Assembly: GCA_044224255.1 (NCBI GenBank)
Contig: JBGAKU010000002.1
Span: forward strand, 13,557-77,556
Reading direction: 5' to 3'
DNA length: 64,000 nucleotides
Source: Geminicoccaceae bacterium
GTDB taxonomy: Bacteria; Pseudomonadota; Alphaproteobacteria; Geminicoccales; Geminicoccaceae
Shown: positions 19,407-28,611 of the stretch, one piece after another
How the letters are laid out: each line of letters begins with the position of its first letter
Position numbering within the stretch: position 1 is the first letter of the stretch
Notes under the pieces: generated by a model
Database searches by the model: none
What the model saw: the letters and a program-made list of their open reading frames with translations, nothing else
What the model was told of the DNA's origin: nothing
Translations under genes and position numbers: made by a program

Positions 19407-19793
19407 ATGGCGACCTGTCTGTCGGACACGAGCAGGCCACGCAGCAGCGCCGGGACTCCGCCGTCGCTTCCAATGAGCGCCGAGCGCGCCGGCTTCGATC
19501 TGGAGGCGTGGCTGATCCTGCAGCGGGGCAATCTCGCCGTGGCCGAGGAGGTGCGCGCACTCGTCGCCGACGCGTTCGACGAGATCGCTCGGACCCAGTA
19601 CCGCTACCTGAAGAGCACCGTCGGCCGTGCCGGACCGGCCGTCGGCACTTCCGCCTCCGCCTACTGGGGTCTGACCCTGGACACGGCCGAGGAGGTGATG
19701 GGTCACGCGCTCGATGCGCAGCGCGAGATCGGCGGCCTGCTCGCCCGCTGTCTCCGGGTCAACCTCGCGGAACTCACCACGCTGCCGCTCTGA
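19407..19793 (+). CDS. Phasin-like protein
   Basis: GFDLEAWLILQRGNL...IARTQ...QREIGGLLAR...NLAEL resembles alphaproteobacterial phasins; GGGAG RBS. Confidence 0.55.
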   Translation: MATCLSDTSRPRSSAGTPPSLPMSAERAGFDLEAWLILQRGNLAVAEEVRALVADAFDEIARTQYRYLKSTVGRAGPAVGTSASAYWGLTLDTAEEVMGHALDAQREIGGLLARCLRVNLAELTTLPL

Positions 19794-20075
19794 TCCGGGC
19801 AGCGTGACCGCGAGGAACCGGGCGCGTCGTCACGTCCGAATGCACGGGCTGCGTTTGGGTCAGTCACCACCTGGTGCAGTGTCAGTCGTTTACAATACTA
19901 CTGCACCGCGAGTAAACTCGCCCAACAATAGCAGCAAACTGGGTACTGACATCAATCAATGGGCTGCGACGATCGGCAGTGTGGCCCGTGCCGATGATTT
20001 GCTGCCGGATGTATCTCGCGCGCGTCGGGAAATCCTGTACTCGATACGGCGTTGCCAAACATTGGAATCCGTGTC

Positions 20076-21752
20076 GTGGACGCCGATAGCGGCTGGTTCG
20101 ATTTCGTCATCGTGGGCGCCGGCTCAGCCGGCTGTGTCCTTGCGGAGCGACTGAGCGCCTGCGGCTCCAGGACGGTGCTGCTTCTCGAGGCCGGCGGCTC
20201 CGGTGGAAACCCACTGCATCGCCTGCCGATGCTCGCTGCCCGGCTGTTCCAGTCGCGCTGCAACAACTGGTACTTCCACACCGAGCCGCAGACGCACTTG
20301 GTGGGACGCCGGATCTTCCTTCCGCGCGGGCGCATGGTCGGCGGCTCGTTCGTGTTCAACGGCGCCCAGTACGTCCGCGGTCATCGCTACGATTTCGATC
20401 ACTGGCGTGCCCTCGGCAACCGTGGCTGGTCGTTCGCCGAGGTGCTGCCCTACTTCAAGCGTCTGGAGCGCCACGAGCGCGGTCAGGGCGCGTTTCACGG
20501 CGGCGACGGGCCGCTCAGGGTGGCGAAGCTGGCCGAGATCAGCCCTCTGTCCGAGGCCTTCCTCAGCGCCTGCGTTCAGGCCGGCTACCGGCACAACGAG
20601 AACTTCAACGCCGCCTCGCAGGACGGGTTCGGCGTCTACGACTTCAACATCGAGGCTGGCCGTCGGCAGACCACTGCCCACACCTACCTGCGCCCGGCGC
20701 TCGGGCGCCACAATCTTCGTGTCGAGACCCGGGCCGCGGCGCGCCGTATCCTGGTCGAGGAGGGGCGCGCGATTGGCGTCGAGTACAGCGCCCGCGGGCG
20801 GATCTGGCGCGCCCGCGCCGGCTGCGAGGTGATCCTGTGCGGCGGCTCGATCAACAGCCCCAAGCTGCTCATGCTCTCGGGGATCGGTGATGGCGCCGCG
20901 CTCCGGCGGCTGGGCATCCAGGTGCGACAGGATCTGCCCGGCGTCGGCGCCAACCTCCAGGATCACCTCACCGTTTCCCTCGGCTACCGCTGCACCCGCG
21001 CGGTGTCGCTGGCCGGCACGCTGCGGGCCGACCGGCTGGCGGTGGCGCTGGTTGAGGCCGTCGTCGCAGGCCGTGGCCCCCTGTCGCGCAGCCCGCTGGA
21101 GGCTGGAGGATTTCTGCGCACCCGAGCGGGGCTGCCGGCACCCGACTGCCAGGTCGTCTTCGTGCCGATCCATGCTCCGCGCGGCGGCCGCCAGATCTGG
21201 TTTCCGGGCGAAAGCGTCGGCGACAGCTTCGCCCTGAGAGTCTGGCCCAGCCGACCGGAGAGCCGCGGCTTCCTGGCCCTGCGCTCGCCGGATCCAGACG
21301 AGAAGCCGATCATCGACCCACGGTTCCTCAGCGCCGAGTCGGACTTGGCCGTGACCCGAGCCGGTCTGCGCGCACTGCGTCGCATCGTGGCGCAGCCGGC
21401 TTTTGACCCCTATCGCGGCGAGGAGCTCGACCCCGGATCGGATTGGACTGCCGACCATGGGCTCGATGAGTACATTCGCGCCACAGCGACGACCGGGCAC
21501 CATACTTGCGGCACGGCGAGGATGGGACATGACCGGCTGGCCGTGGTCGACGATCGGCTGCGGGTGCACGGGATCCGCGGCCTTCGCGTCGCCGATGCCT
21601 CGATCATGCCGACCATGGTCAGCGCCAACACCAACGCTGCCACGATCATGATCGCCGAGAAGGCGGCCGATCTGCTCCTGGAGCGGTCGCCTCTCGCCAC
21701 GGCCCCACCACCCGAGACGGGGATGATGCGGGCGGCGGCGTTTGCCGGTTGA
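20076..21752 (+). CDS. GMC family oxidoreductase (choline dehydrogenase-like)
   Basis: DFVIVGAGSAGCVLA, LLLEAG, GGSINSPKLLMLSGIG, VGANLQDH, HTCGTARMG, LRVADASIMP, NTNAATIMIAEK. Confidence 0.92.
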   Translation: MDADSGWFDFVIVGAGSAGCVLAERLSACGSRTVLLLEAGGSGGNPLHRLPMLAARLFQSRCNNWYFHTEPQTHLVGRRIFLPRGRMVGGSFVFNGAQYVRGHRYDFDHWRALGNRGWSFAEVLPYFKRLERHERGQGAFHGGDGPLRVAKLAEISPLSEAFLSACVQAGYRHNENFNAASQDGFGVYDFNIEAGRRQTTAHTYLRPALGRHNLRVETRAAARRILVEEGRAIGVEYSARGRIWRARAGCEVILCGGSINSPKLLMLSGIGDGAALRRLGIQVRQDLPGVGANLQDHLTVSLGYRCTRAVSLAGTLRADRLAVALVEAVVAGRGPLSRSPLEAGGFLRTRAGLPAPDCQVVFVPIHAPRGGRQIWFPGESVGDSFALRVWPSRPESRGFLALRSPDPDEKPIIDPRFLSAESDLAVTRAGLRALRRIVAQPAFDPYRGEELDPGSDWTADHGLDEYIRATATTGHHTCGTARMGHDRLAVVDDRLRVHGIRGLRVADASIMPTMVSANTNAATIMIAEKAADLLLERSPLATAPPPETGMMRAAAFAG

Positions 21753-21777
21753 GCCTCCCGGTGTGCTGGCTCTGCGA

Positions 21778-21806
21778 TTGACAACGGCGGGAGGCGCCGC
21801 CACATC
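21778..21806 (+). promoter_or_regulatory. Probable sigma70 promoter of accA
   Basis: Perfect TTGACA at 21778 followed by GCCACATC (alphaproteobacterial GCTANAWC-like -10), about 30 nt before accA. Confidence 0.45.
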
Positions 21807-21838
21807 CGCGCCGGCGCGCGGCCCAGCCTGGCGGACGA

Positions 21839-22795
21839 ATGAGCACCCTCCTCGACTTTGAGAAGCCGATCCTCGAGCTCGAGGGCAAGGTCAAGGAGCT
21901 CCGCTCGCTCGCGGCCGGCAGCGAGCTCGACATCGCCGAGGAAGTTGCCCGGCTCGAGGGGCGTGCGGCGAAGCTGCTGTCGCAGACCTACGCCAAGCTC
22001 ACCGCCTGGCAGAAGACCCAGGTCGCCCGCCACGCCGACCGGCCGCACTTCACCGATTACGCCCAGGCGCTGATCGAGGACTTCACGCCGCTGGCTGGCG
22101 ACCGGATGTATGCCGAGGACCACGCGATCGTCGGCGGTCTGGGTCGATTCCGGGGCCTGTCGGTCATGGTGATGGGCCAGGAGAAGGGTGCCGACACCGA
22201 GGATCGCGTCCGCCACAATTTCGGCATGGCGCGCCCGGAGGGCTACCGCAAGGCCGTGCGCCTGATGCGGCTGGCGGAGCGGTTCCGGGTGCCGGTGCTC
22301 ACCTTCGTCGACACGCCCGGCGCCCATCCGGGCGTCGACGCCGAGGAGCGTGGGCAGGCGGAGGCGATTGCCCGGGCGATCGAGGTCTGCCTGTCGCTCG
22401 ACGTGCCGATCGTCGCCACCGTCGTCGGCGAGGGTGGCTCGGGCGGTGCCATCGCGCTCGCCGCCGGCGACCGTATCCTGATGCTGGAGCACTCGATCTA
22501 CTCGGTGATCTCGCCAGAAGGCTGCGCCGCGATCCTCTGGCGCAGCGCGGACCAGGCCTCCGTCGCCGCGGAAGCTCTGCGGCTGACGGCGCAGGATCTG
22601 CTGGGACATCGCCTCGTCGATCTGGTTATCCCCGAGCCGATGGGCGGTGCCCATCGCGGCAGGGCGACGACCATCGCGGCCGTGGGCGATGCGATCGAGG
22701 GTCAGCTGCGCCCGCTGCTGCGGCTTCCCTCGGCGGAGCTCAAGCGGCAGCGGCGCGACAGGTTCTTGCGCATGGGACAGGCCGCCGACGGCTAG
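21839..22795 (+). CDS. accA: Acetyl-CoA carboxylase carboxyltransferase alpha subunit
   Basis: [66 protein letters not shown]. Confidence 0.98.
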   Translation: MSTLLDFEKPILELEGKVKELRSLAAGSELDIAEEVARLEGRAAKLLSQTYAKLTAWQKTQVARHADRPHFTDYAQALIEDFTPLAGDRMYAEDHAIVGGLGRFRGLSVMVMGQEKGADTEDRVRHNFGMARPEGYRKAVRLMRLAERFRVPVLTFVDTPGAHPGVDAEERGQAEAIARAIEVCLSLDVPIVATVVGEGGSGGAIALAAGDRILMLEHSIYSVISPEGCAAILWRSADQASVAAEALRLTAQDLLGHRLVDLVIPEPMGGAHRGRATTIAAVGDAIEGQLRPLLRLPSAELKRQRRDRFLRMGQAADG

Positions 22796-22854
22796 CCTGC
22801 CGGGTGCGGGACCGCGACCCTTCGCCCTGCGGGGCCAGCCTATAGGGTAACCTC

Positions 22855-23346
22855 ATGCTCACCACGCGCGACGAGATCCTGGAGCGGCTGGCGGCGCTCG
22901 GCATCGAGCACCGCACCCACCTGCATCCCCCGGTCTTCACGGTCGAGGAGGCGCAGCTGCATACCCGCCACCTCAGCGGCGGCCACTGCAAGAATCTGTT
23001 CCTGAAGGACAAGAAGGGCGGCCTGTGGCTGGTCACCTGCCGCGACGAGCTCAAGGTGGACCTCAACTGGCTCTCGCGCCGGCTGGGTGCTCCCCGCTTC
23101 TCGTTTGGCCGCCCGGAGCTGCTGGCGGAGGTGCTGGGCGTGACGCCGGGCAGCGTCACGCCGCTTGCGGTCGTCAGTGACACGGCGGGAAGCGTGAAGG
23201 TGGTGCTCGATCAGGGGCTGCTGGCGCACGAATGGGTGAACTGCCACCCCCTCCAGAACGACGCGACGACGACCCTGCGTGCGGCCGATCTCGTTCGCTA
23301 TATGGTCGAAACGGGCCATGCCCCCATGCTCGTGGAATTCGACTGA
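22855..23346 (+). CDS. proX: Prolyl-tRNA editing protein ProX/PrdX (YbaK superfamily)
   Basis: HPPVFTVEEA, GHCKNLFLKDKK, LGVTPGSVTP, NCHPLQNDATT. Confidence 0.9.
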   Translation: MLTTRDEILERLAALGIEHRTHLHPPVFTVEEAQLHTRHLSGGHCKNLFLKDKKGGLWLVTCRDELKVDLNWLSRRLGAPRFSFGRPELLAEVLGVTPGSVTPLAVVSDTAGSVKVVLDQGLLAHEWVNCHPLQNDATTTLRAADLVRYMVETGHAPMLVEFD

Positions 23347-23601
23347 TCACGCGCCCGAGGCGATCATGCCTCGATCTGCTTAAATCATACGCACATTAAC
23401 GCTCTTGCGGCACCGCGGTGATCGCGACACTGTTCGGCGGTCGCCTGGAAGCGGACTCCGCGCGGGATGGCACAATACGGAGCCGAAGGCGCGTGGATGG
23501 GGCGGTGACGATCGGGTCGCCGACTCGATCTGGCGGAACCATGGGCTCGGTTGGCTCGCGGCATGGCAGCGGGCAAACAAGAACATTTGAGGACATGCAC
23601 C

Positions 23602-25112
23602 ATGGCGTTGATCACGGGCACCCAGGGTCCCGACAGGATCACTGGTACGGAGCAAGACGACGACATTTTTCGGTGCGAACGTAGTGATACGGTCTATGGC
23701 CTTGGCGGCAATGATCAGGCCCGTTACCAATCCGGGTAACGATATCGTTCATGGTGGCGCAGGCAATGACTTTGTCTGGGCCAAGCGCGATGTCGATCGC
23801 CTCTTTGGCGACAGTGGCAACGATATCCTCTTCGGGGGCGACAGTGACAATGAGCTCAACGGCGGCACGGGACGCGACGTTCTGATCGGTGCGTCTGCGG
23901 TCGACATCATCCGCGGTGGCGATGATTCCGATCTGCTGTGGGGTGAAGGAGGTGCCGATGCTCCTCACCTGCTAAATCGCGCGATCTGCTGATCGGTGGC
24001 TTGGTCGACATCTCCACCGGTGGCAGGTGCGTCTGACGTCTATGCGTTCAGTGACCTCAGATAGTCCGGCCGGTGACAATCGCGATCACATCGTGCGATT
24101 CGGCGACCGGTCGGGCGATCAGGATCTGATCGATCTCACCGGCCTCGACGCCAATCTGAGCTTCATCGGCACCGCTTCCTTCACGGCGGCTGGCCAGGTC
24201 CGTTACGAGACGGTCGGTGGCAACACGATCATCCAGGTCAACACCGATGCCGATGCTGCCGGTGCGGAGTTCGAGCTGGCAGCTCGATGGTCGATGGTGG
24301 CCCCTGGACCTGACCGATTTCATTCTGACACGCGGTGTCAATGCGACCCCGGCGGGTTTCCCGCTGATCGGGGGCAGCGCGTCCGAGATCTCAACGCGAA
24401 TGACCTCGGCACGACGGTGATTGCGGGCGAGGGTGCCGACAAAGTCTCGGGCGGGGTGGGAGACGACCGCATCTTCGGCATGGGGGGGGTCGACGTCATC
24501 GATGGCGGTGGCGGCTTTGATGTAATCGTCGGCGGCAATGCCAACGACGTGCTCTCCGGCGGGGACGGGGTCGACTACATCATGGGCGGCTCCGGCGACG
24601 ATAGGCTGACGGGCGGGGACGGCGACGACGTCCTTGAAGGCAACGACAACGATGATGACGTCTCCGGCGGGGCTGGCAACGACATGGTCCTGCGCGGCGA
24701 CCTCCATGACCATCTCGATGGCGGTGACGGTGACGATGTCCTGAATGGCGGGCGCGGCACGGACACGCTGCTCGGCGGTGAGGGCAACGACGTGTTCCTG
24801 TCGACGGTGCCGAACGACAGCCGGGTCGGCGCCTCCTTGCGTGACCGCATCCTCGATTTCGGCGACTCGGACGGGAACCAGGACGTGATCAATGTGGCGG
24901 CGATCGACGCCGACACGACGAGGCTCGGGGATCAGGCATTCGACTTCATCGGCGACGCTCCGTTCACCGCGGCCGGTCAGTTGCATTGGTACGCCGAGGG
25001 CGGCAACACCATTGTCGAGCTGAACATCAACGCCGACCCGGCACCCGAATTCCAGATCGAGCTGGTGGGCTTCGACGGCTCGTCCCTGGATGCCTCCGAC
25101 TTCACCCTCTAG
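23602..25112 (+). pseudogene. Frameshifted RTX/hemolysin-type Ca-binding repeat protein(s) with serralysin-like C-terminal domains
   Basis: GGxGxD repeats spread over ORFs 23602-23739, 23684-23992 and 24027-25112; two copies of the FIG.A.FTAAGQ..GGNTI..N.DAD..EF module; ends LDASDFTL. Confidence 0.75.
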
Positions 25113-25518
25113 CCGCATCGAATTACACGCATCGGTTGAGCCAGTTCGTCCCAACCGCCGGGCCGAGTGGCGCGGATAGAGTGGGTCGTATCTGCGCTCA
25201 ACCATTACGTGCTCGATTGGTTTGTGGAATGTAGCAACGGCGTGCGCCCATGACGGATAGATCGCGTGTAACGCGAAATTCATGATCTGTTTTAATATGT
25301 AATGATAGTTGAGTAATCTTATAGTTGAACTCTGTAGTTATTTGAGTAAGATCAAGATTGTTGGGCCGCAAAGAAGCCTTCGCCCGGCGAGCGGTGCGCA
25401 GGCGTGTGGCGGACGCGTCTGATTCGCAGGATGACAAACAGTATAACCAGCCCATGCTCCCCCTGAGGCGGTGGTGAGGCTGCAGCGGTCAGGCGTTATA
25501 CATGGGGAGCAAACGCCT

Positions 25519-26862
25519 GTGCTCAGAAAACTCAGCCGTCGGGAACTCGTTCGCGGTATTGGTGGTGTGGCGGTCGCCGGACTGGCGGGCGCCACCATGG
25601 TGGGTCGCCCCGCCCGGGCCGGGGTGGGCTGGGGAACCGGCCCGAACTCCGGGCTGCCTTTCTGGCATGGCGGCTATTCCGACCTGGATCACATGGTGAG
25701 CCTGCTGCCGCCCGGGCGTGGGCTCGATCTGATCGGCGAGTTCGAAAGCGAGGGCACCTATCTCGGCGTCGCCACCGCTTGTGCCAATTCGTGGGGCAGG
25801 AAGCGCTGGTACCTCGACTTTCTCAAGACCGGCCGCACCTCCGCCTTCCAGTGGTCCAGCTCGCCGTTCTGCAGCGGCCCCAGCATGGTGGTGCCAGACA
25901 GCTGGCCGACCAGCGCCGCGGCGGTGACGGCTGGAACGCATCTGCACTGCTCGGCACCTCCCACCTACACGGGCAGCGAGACAGCGGCCGAGCGCGCGGC
26001 CAAGCAGCGCCAAGTCTGGCAGATCGCCGCCGATGGTTGGCTGGACCCGATCTGGCGCCAGAAGATGCTGATCTTCAAGCGCGACTTTTTCATCAAATAT
26101 AATCTGAAGTCGATCCGTATCGTCCTACGCGCCTGCCACGAGCTCAACACCGCAACGACCTGGGGCAAGCGAGACTACCGTCGTGCCTATGGAATGCGTG
26201 AGCTGACGACGGTCGGCGACTATCAGATCGTGCAGGAGGCGTTGCGAAGGTATTTCGCGGCGTTTCTCGACGTTTTTGGCAATGTCCAGGCGTCGATTCC
26301 GAACGACTATGCATACACCGATTCCCAGCTTTGGCCGTACTGGAATACGGTTAAGCGGCACAACGGGCCGGTCGATGTCCGCCTGACCTGCCCCGACAAC
26401 GCCAAGCTGATCGGCCCCGACAACTACAACTTCTATCCGGCGGCCCTCACCGAGGTCGCCTTCCAGGCGTCGCTGATCGAGCGCGACAGGAAGGGCTGGC
26501 CGGTCGGCATCGGCCCGTGGCTGGAATGGGCCCGGTCCGTGAACAAGGGCTTCGCCCTGGGCGAATGGGGTCTCGTGAGCAAGAAGATGAACGCCGACGG
26601 CACCCGCCCGACGACCCAGGGCTGGGACAATCCGATCTTCATCAAGGGCACGCTCGACTTCTGCATGGCCAATGCAGAGGACATCGCCTTTATCTCTTAC
26701 TTCAATCGCGACAATTCCGCCTCGGCCGATCTTCCGGCGCATCTGCTCAAGATGTGGGACGGCATCGACGACGAGTTCGCCATCTGCGCCCGGACGCCGC
26801 CAGGCGACAACAATCGTTGCGGCGCCCGCGCCTACCGCCAGTGGATGGCCGCGAACGGCTAG
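25519..26862 (+). CDS. Tat-exported glycoside hydrolase, GH26-like (clan GH-A)
   Basis: LSRRELV twin-arginine signal ending ARA; IVLRACHELN (acid/base), LIGPDNYN, FALGEWG (nucleophile), ISYFN; GGGGAG RBS before GTG. Confidence 0.68.
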   Translation: MLRKLSRRELVRGIGGVAVAGLAGATMVGRPARAGVGWGTGPNSGLPFWHGGYSDLDHMVSLLPPGRGLDLIGEFESEGTYLGVATACANSWGRKRWYLDFLKTGRTSAFQWSSSPFCSGPSMVVPDSWPTSAAAVTAGTHLHCSAPPTYTGSETAAERAAKQRQVWQIAADGWLDPIWRQKMLIFKRDFFIKYNLKSIRIVLRACHELNTATTWGKRDYRRAYGMRELTTVGDYQIVQEALRRYFAAFLDVFGNVQASIPNDYAYTDSQLWPYWNTVKRHNGPVDVRLTCPDNAKLIGPDNYNFYPAALTEVAFQASLIERDRKGWPVGIGPWLEWARSVNKGFALGEWGLVSKKMNADGTRPTTQGWDNPIFIKGTLDFCMANAEDIAFISYFNRDNSASADLPAHLLKMWDGIDDEFAICARTPPGDNNRCGARAYRQWMAANG

Positions 26863-26885
26863 GGCTGCGCCAGGACGGCGGGGCG

Positions 26886-28604
26886 TCAGCTCGCAGGGAG
26901 CGGACGCCCCGGCTGCCATTGCTGCTCGCCCAGGCGGTCGAGAAACGCCAGTGTCCGTGCGCGGGCGGCGTGGCTGAGGAGCACGAGCAGGTCGCCCGGC
27001 TGCGCCCAGGCGAAGGCATCGCGGACCGCGTCGGTCTCGCTCTCGGCGGCGGCGACGGTGCCAACGGGCGCCCCGAGACGCCCGAGCTCGTCGCGTAGCA
27101 GGGCGGGCACCTCGCCCGGGCCGCGCCCGCGGAGATAGCTTTCCATCTCCTTGACGATGATCCGTTCCGGCCGCATCGCCCAGACGGCGGCGGCGAGCGC
27201 GCGGATCTCGGCATCGGTCCGATCGCCGGCCTGCCCCAGCAGGACCAGCCGTCGGCCGGCCGGCATGGCGGCGGAGACCCATTGGGCAATCGCGGCCACG
27301 CCGTGCGGATTGTGCGCGAAATCGACCAGCACTTTGACCCCGCCGATCTCGCGCAGGAGGCCGCGACCTGGATTGTCGGCCTCCTCCGCGCCGAACCTGC
27401 GCAGCGCCTCGGCCATCGCGGTCGCAGGCAGCCGCAGCGTCACCGCGCCCGCGATCGCCGCCAGGGCGTTGGCGAGGTTGTGCCGTGCAGCGCCTTCCAT
27501 GCCGATGCGGACCTCGGCCGCCGGCACGATCGGGGTCGAGCTGCCGTCCCGGCGCAGCACGAGCCAGCCCTGCTCGAGAGCGGCGCCGTCGCGAATGCCG
27601 TGGGCCGGCGCCATGGTGAACCAGGCGACGGGCGCACCGCTGCCGGCCGCGCGCTCGACCAGCCGCGGATCGTCGGCATTGAGGATCAGCGGGCCGCCGT
27701 GCAGCGCCTTGGCGACGACGAGCTTGGCGTCCGCGACACCGTCCAGATCGAGAATGCCGTACTCGCCGAGATGATCCGCCGCGACGTTGGTGACGATCGC
27801 CGCATCGGCCCTGGCCAGCGGCAGGCCGCGCCGCAGGATGCCGCCGCGGGCGAGCTCCAGGACCGCCAGCTCGACCCGCCGGTCGCGCAGGACCAGTCTC
27901 GCTCCACCGGGCCCGGAAAAGTCGCCGCGGTCCAGAATCTCGTCGCCGACCCGCACCCAATCGCTCGAGCTCAGCCCGACCACCTTGCCTGCGGCGCGAG
28001 CCATGGCCGCCAGCAGCCGCACGGTGGTCGACTTGCCGTTGGTGCCGGTGACCAGGATCACTGGGACGTCGTGGATCGAGGCCCAGTCGACCGCATCGGG
28101 CGCCGGCAGATCGTCGTCGAACCACCGGTCGCTGCCGCGCCCCAGGCCGACCGACACGCGCCGATCCCCGACGACGCAGGCGACGCCGTGCGCCCGGGCC
28201 GCGTCCGCCAGCGCCAGCAGGGCTGGGTCGGCGTCGGCCACGATCTCGCGCCGGATGCTCGCCGCGGCCGATTCCAGGGCGGGCATGGGGCCGGCGCCGA
28301 GATCGGCGGCGGCCGCCTCGCACGCCCACTCATTGACCAGGGTCGCCGGGTAGAGCCCGTCGGCCGGCGCCGCCACGGCCAGGCTCGCCCCGCCCAGGAA
28401 GCGGCGCGTCGCCAGCACCGCATCGGGCCAGCCGACCGCCTGCAGTATCAACCGCGCTTGCCGCCGCCAGTGCCCGATCAGCTCGTCCTCGCGCCCGACC
28501 GGGCAGCTCGCCTCGAGCACCGCACCCGGGCCGTCGAGCAGCAGGTTGGGTCCGGTCAGGCGGCGCGACTCGCGCCACGCGACCCGAGGCGGCGCTTCGG
28601 GCAT
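26886..28604 (-). CDS. Cyanophycin synthetase-like Mur-ligase protein lacking the ATP-grasp domain
   Basis: N-terminal RRLTGPNL matches CphA VYVGPNT; VTGTNGKSTT, ELARGGILRRG, TNVAADHLG, LNADD, NPGR, VDFAHNP, GDRTD all align with the CphA M domain. Confidence 0.85.
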   Translation of the reverse strand: MPEAPPRVAWRESRRLTGPNLLLDGPGAVLEASCPVGREDELIGHWRRQARLILQAVGWPDAVLATRRFLGGASLAVAAPADGLYPATLVNEWACEAAAADLGAGPMPALESAAASIRREIVADADPALLALADAARAHGVACVVGDRRVSVGLGRGSDRWFDDDLPAPDAVDWASIHDVPVILVTGTNGKSTTVRLLAAMARAAGKVVGLSSSDWVRVGDEILDRGDFSGPGGARLVLRDRRVELAVLELARGGILRRGLPLARADAAIVTNVAADHLGEYGILDLDGVADAKLVVAKALHGGPLILNADDPRLVERAAGSGAPVAWFTMAPAHGIRDGAALEQGWLVLRRDGSSTPIVPAAEVRIGMEGAARHNLANALAAIAGAVTLRLPATAMAEALRRFGAEEADNPGRGLLREIGGVKVLVDFAHNPHGVAAIAQWVSAAMPAGRRLVLLGQAGDRTDAEIRALAAAVWAMRPERIIVKEMESYLRGRGPGEVPALLRDELGRLGAPVGTVAAAESETDAVRDAFAWAQPGDLLVLLSHAARARTLAFLDRLGEQQWQPGRPLPAS

Positions 28605-28611
28605 GGCGCGC

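Noticed and set aside
23347-23601. Possible riboswitch upstream of the RTX locus (contains GGGCAAAC)
   Set aside because: Remaining c-di-GMP-I consensus elements are absent; only a short hairpin after proX is evident.
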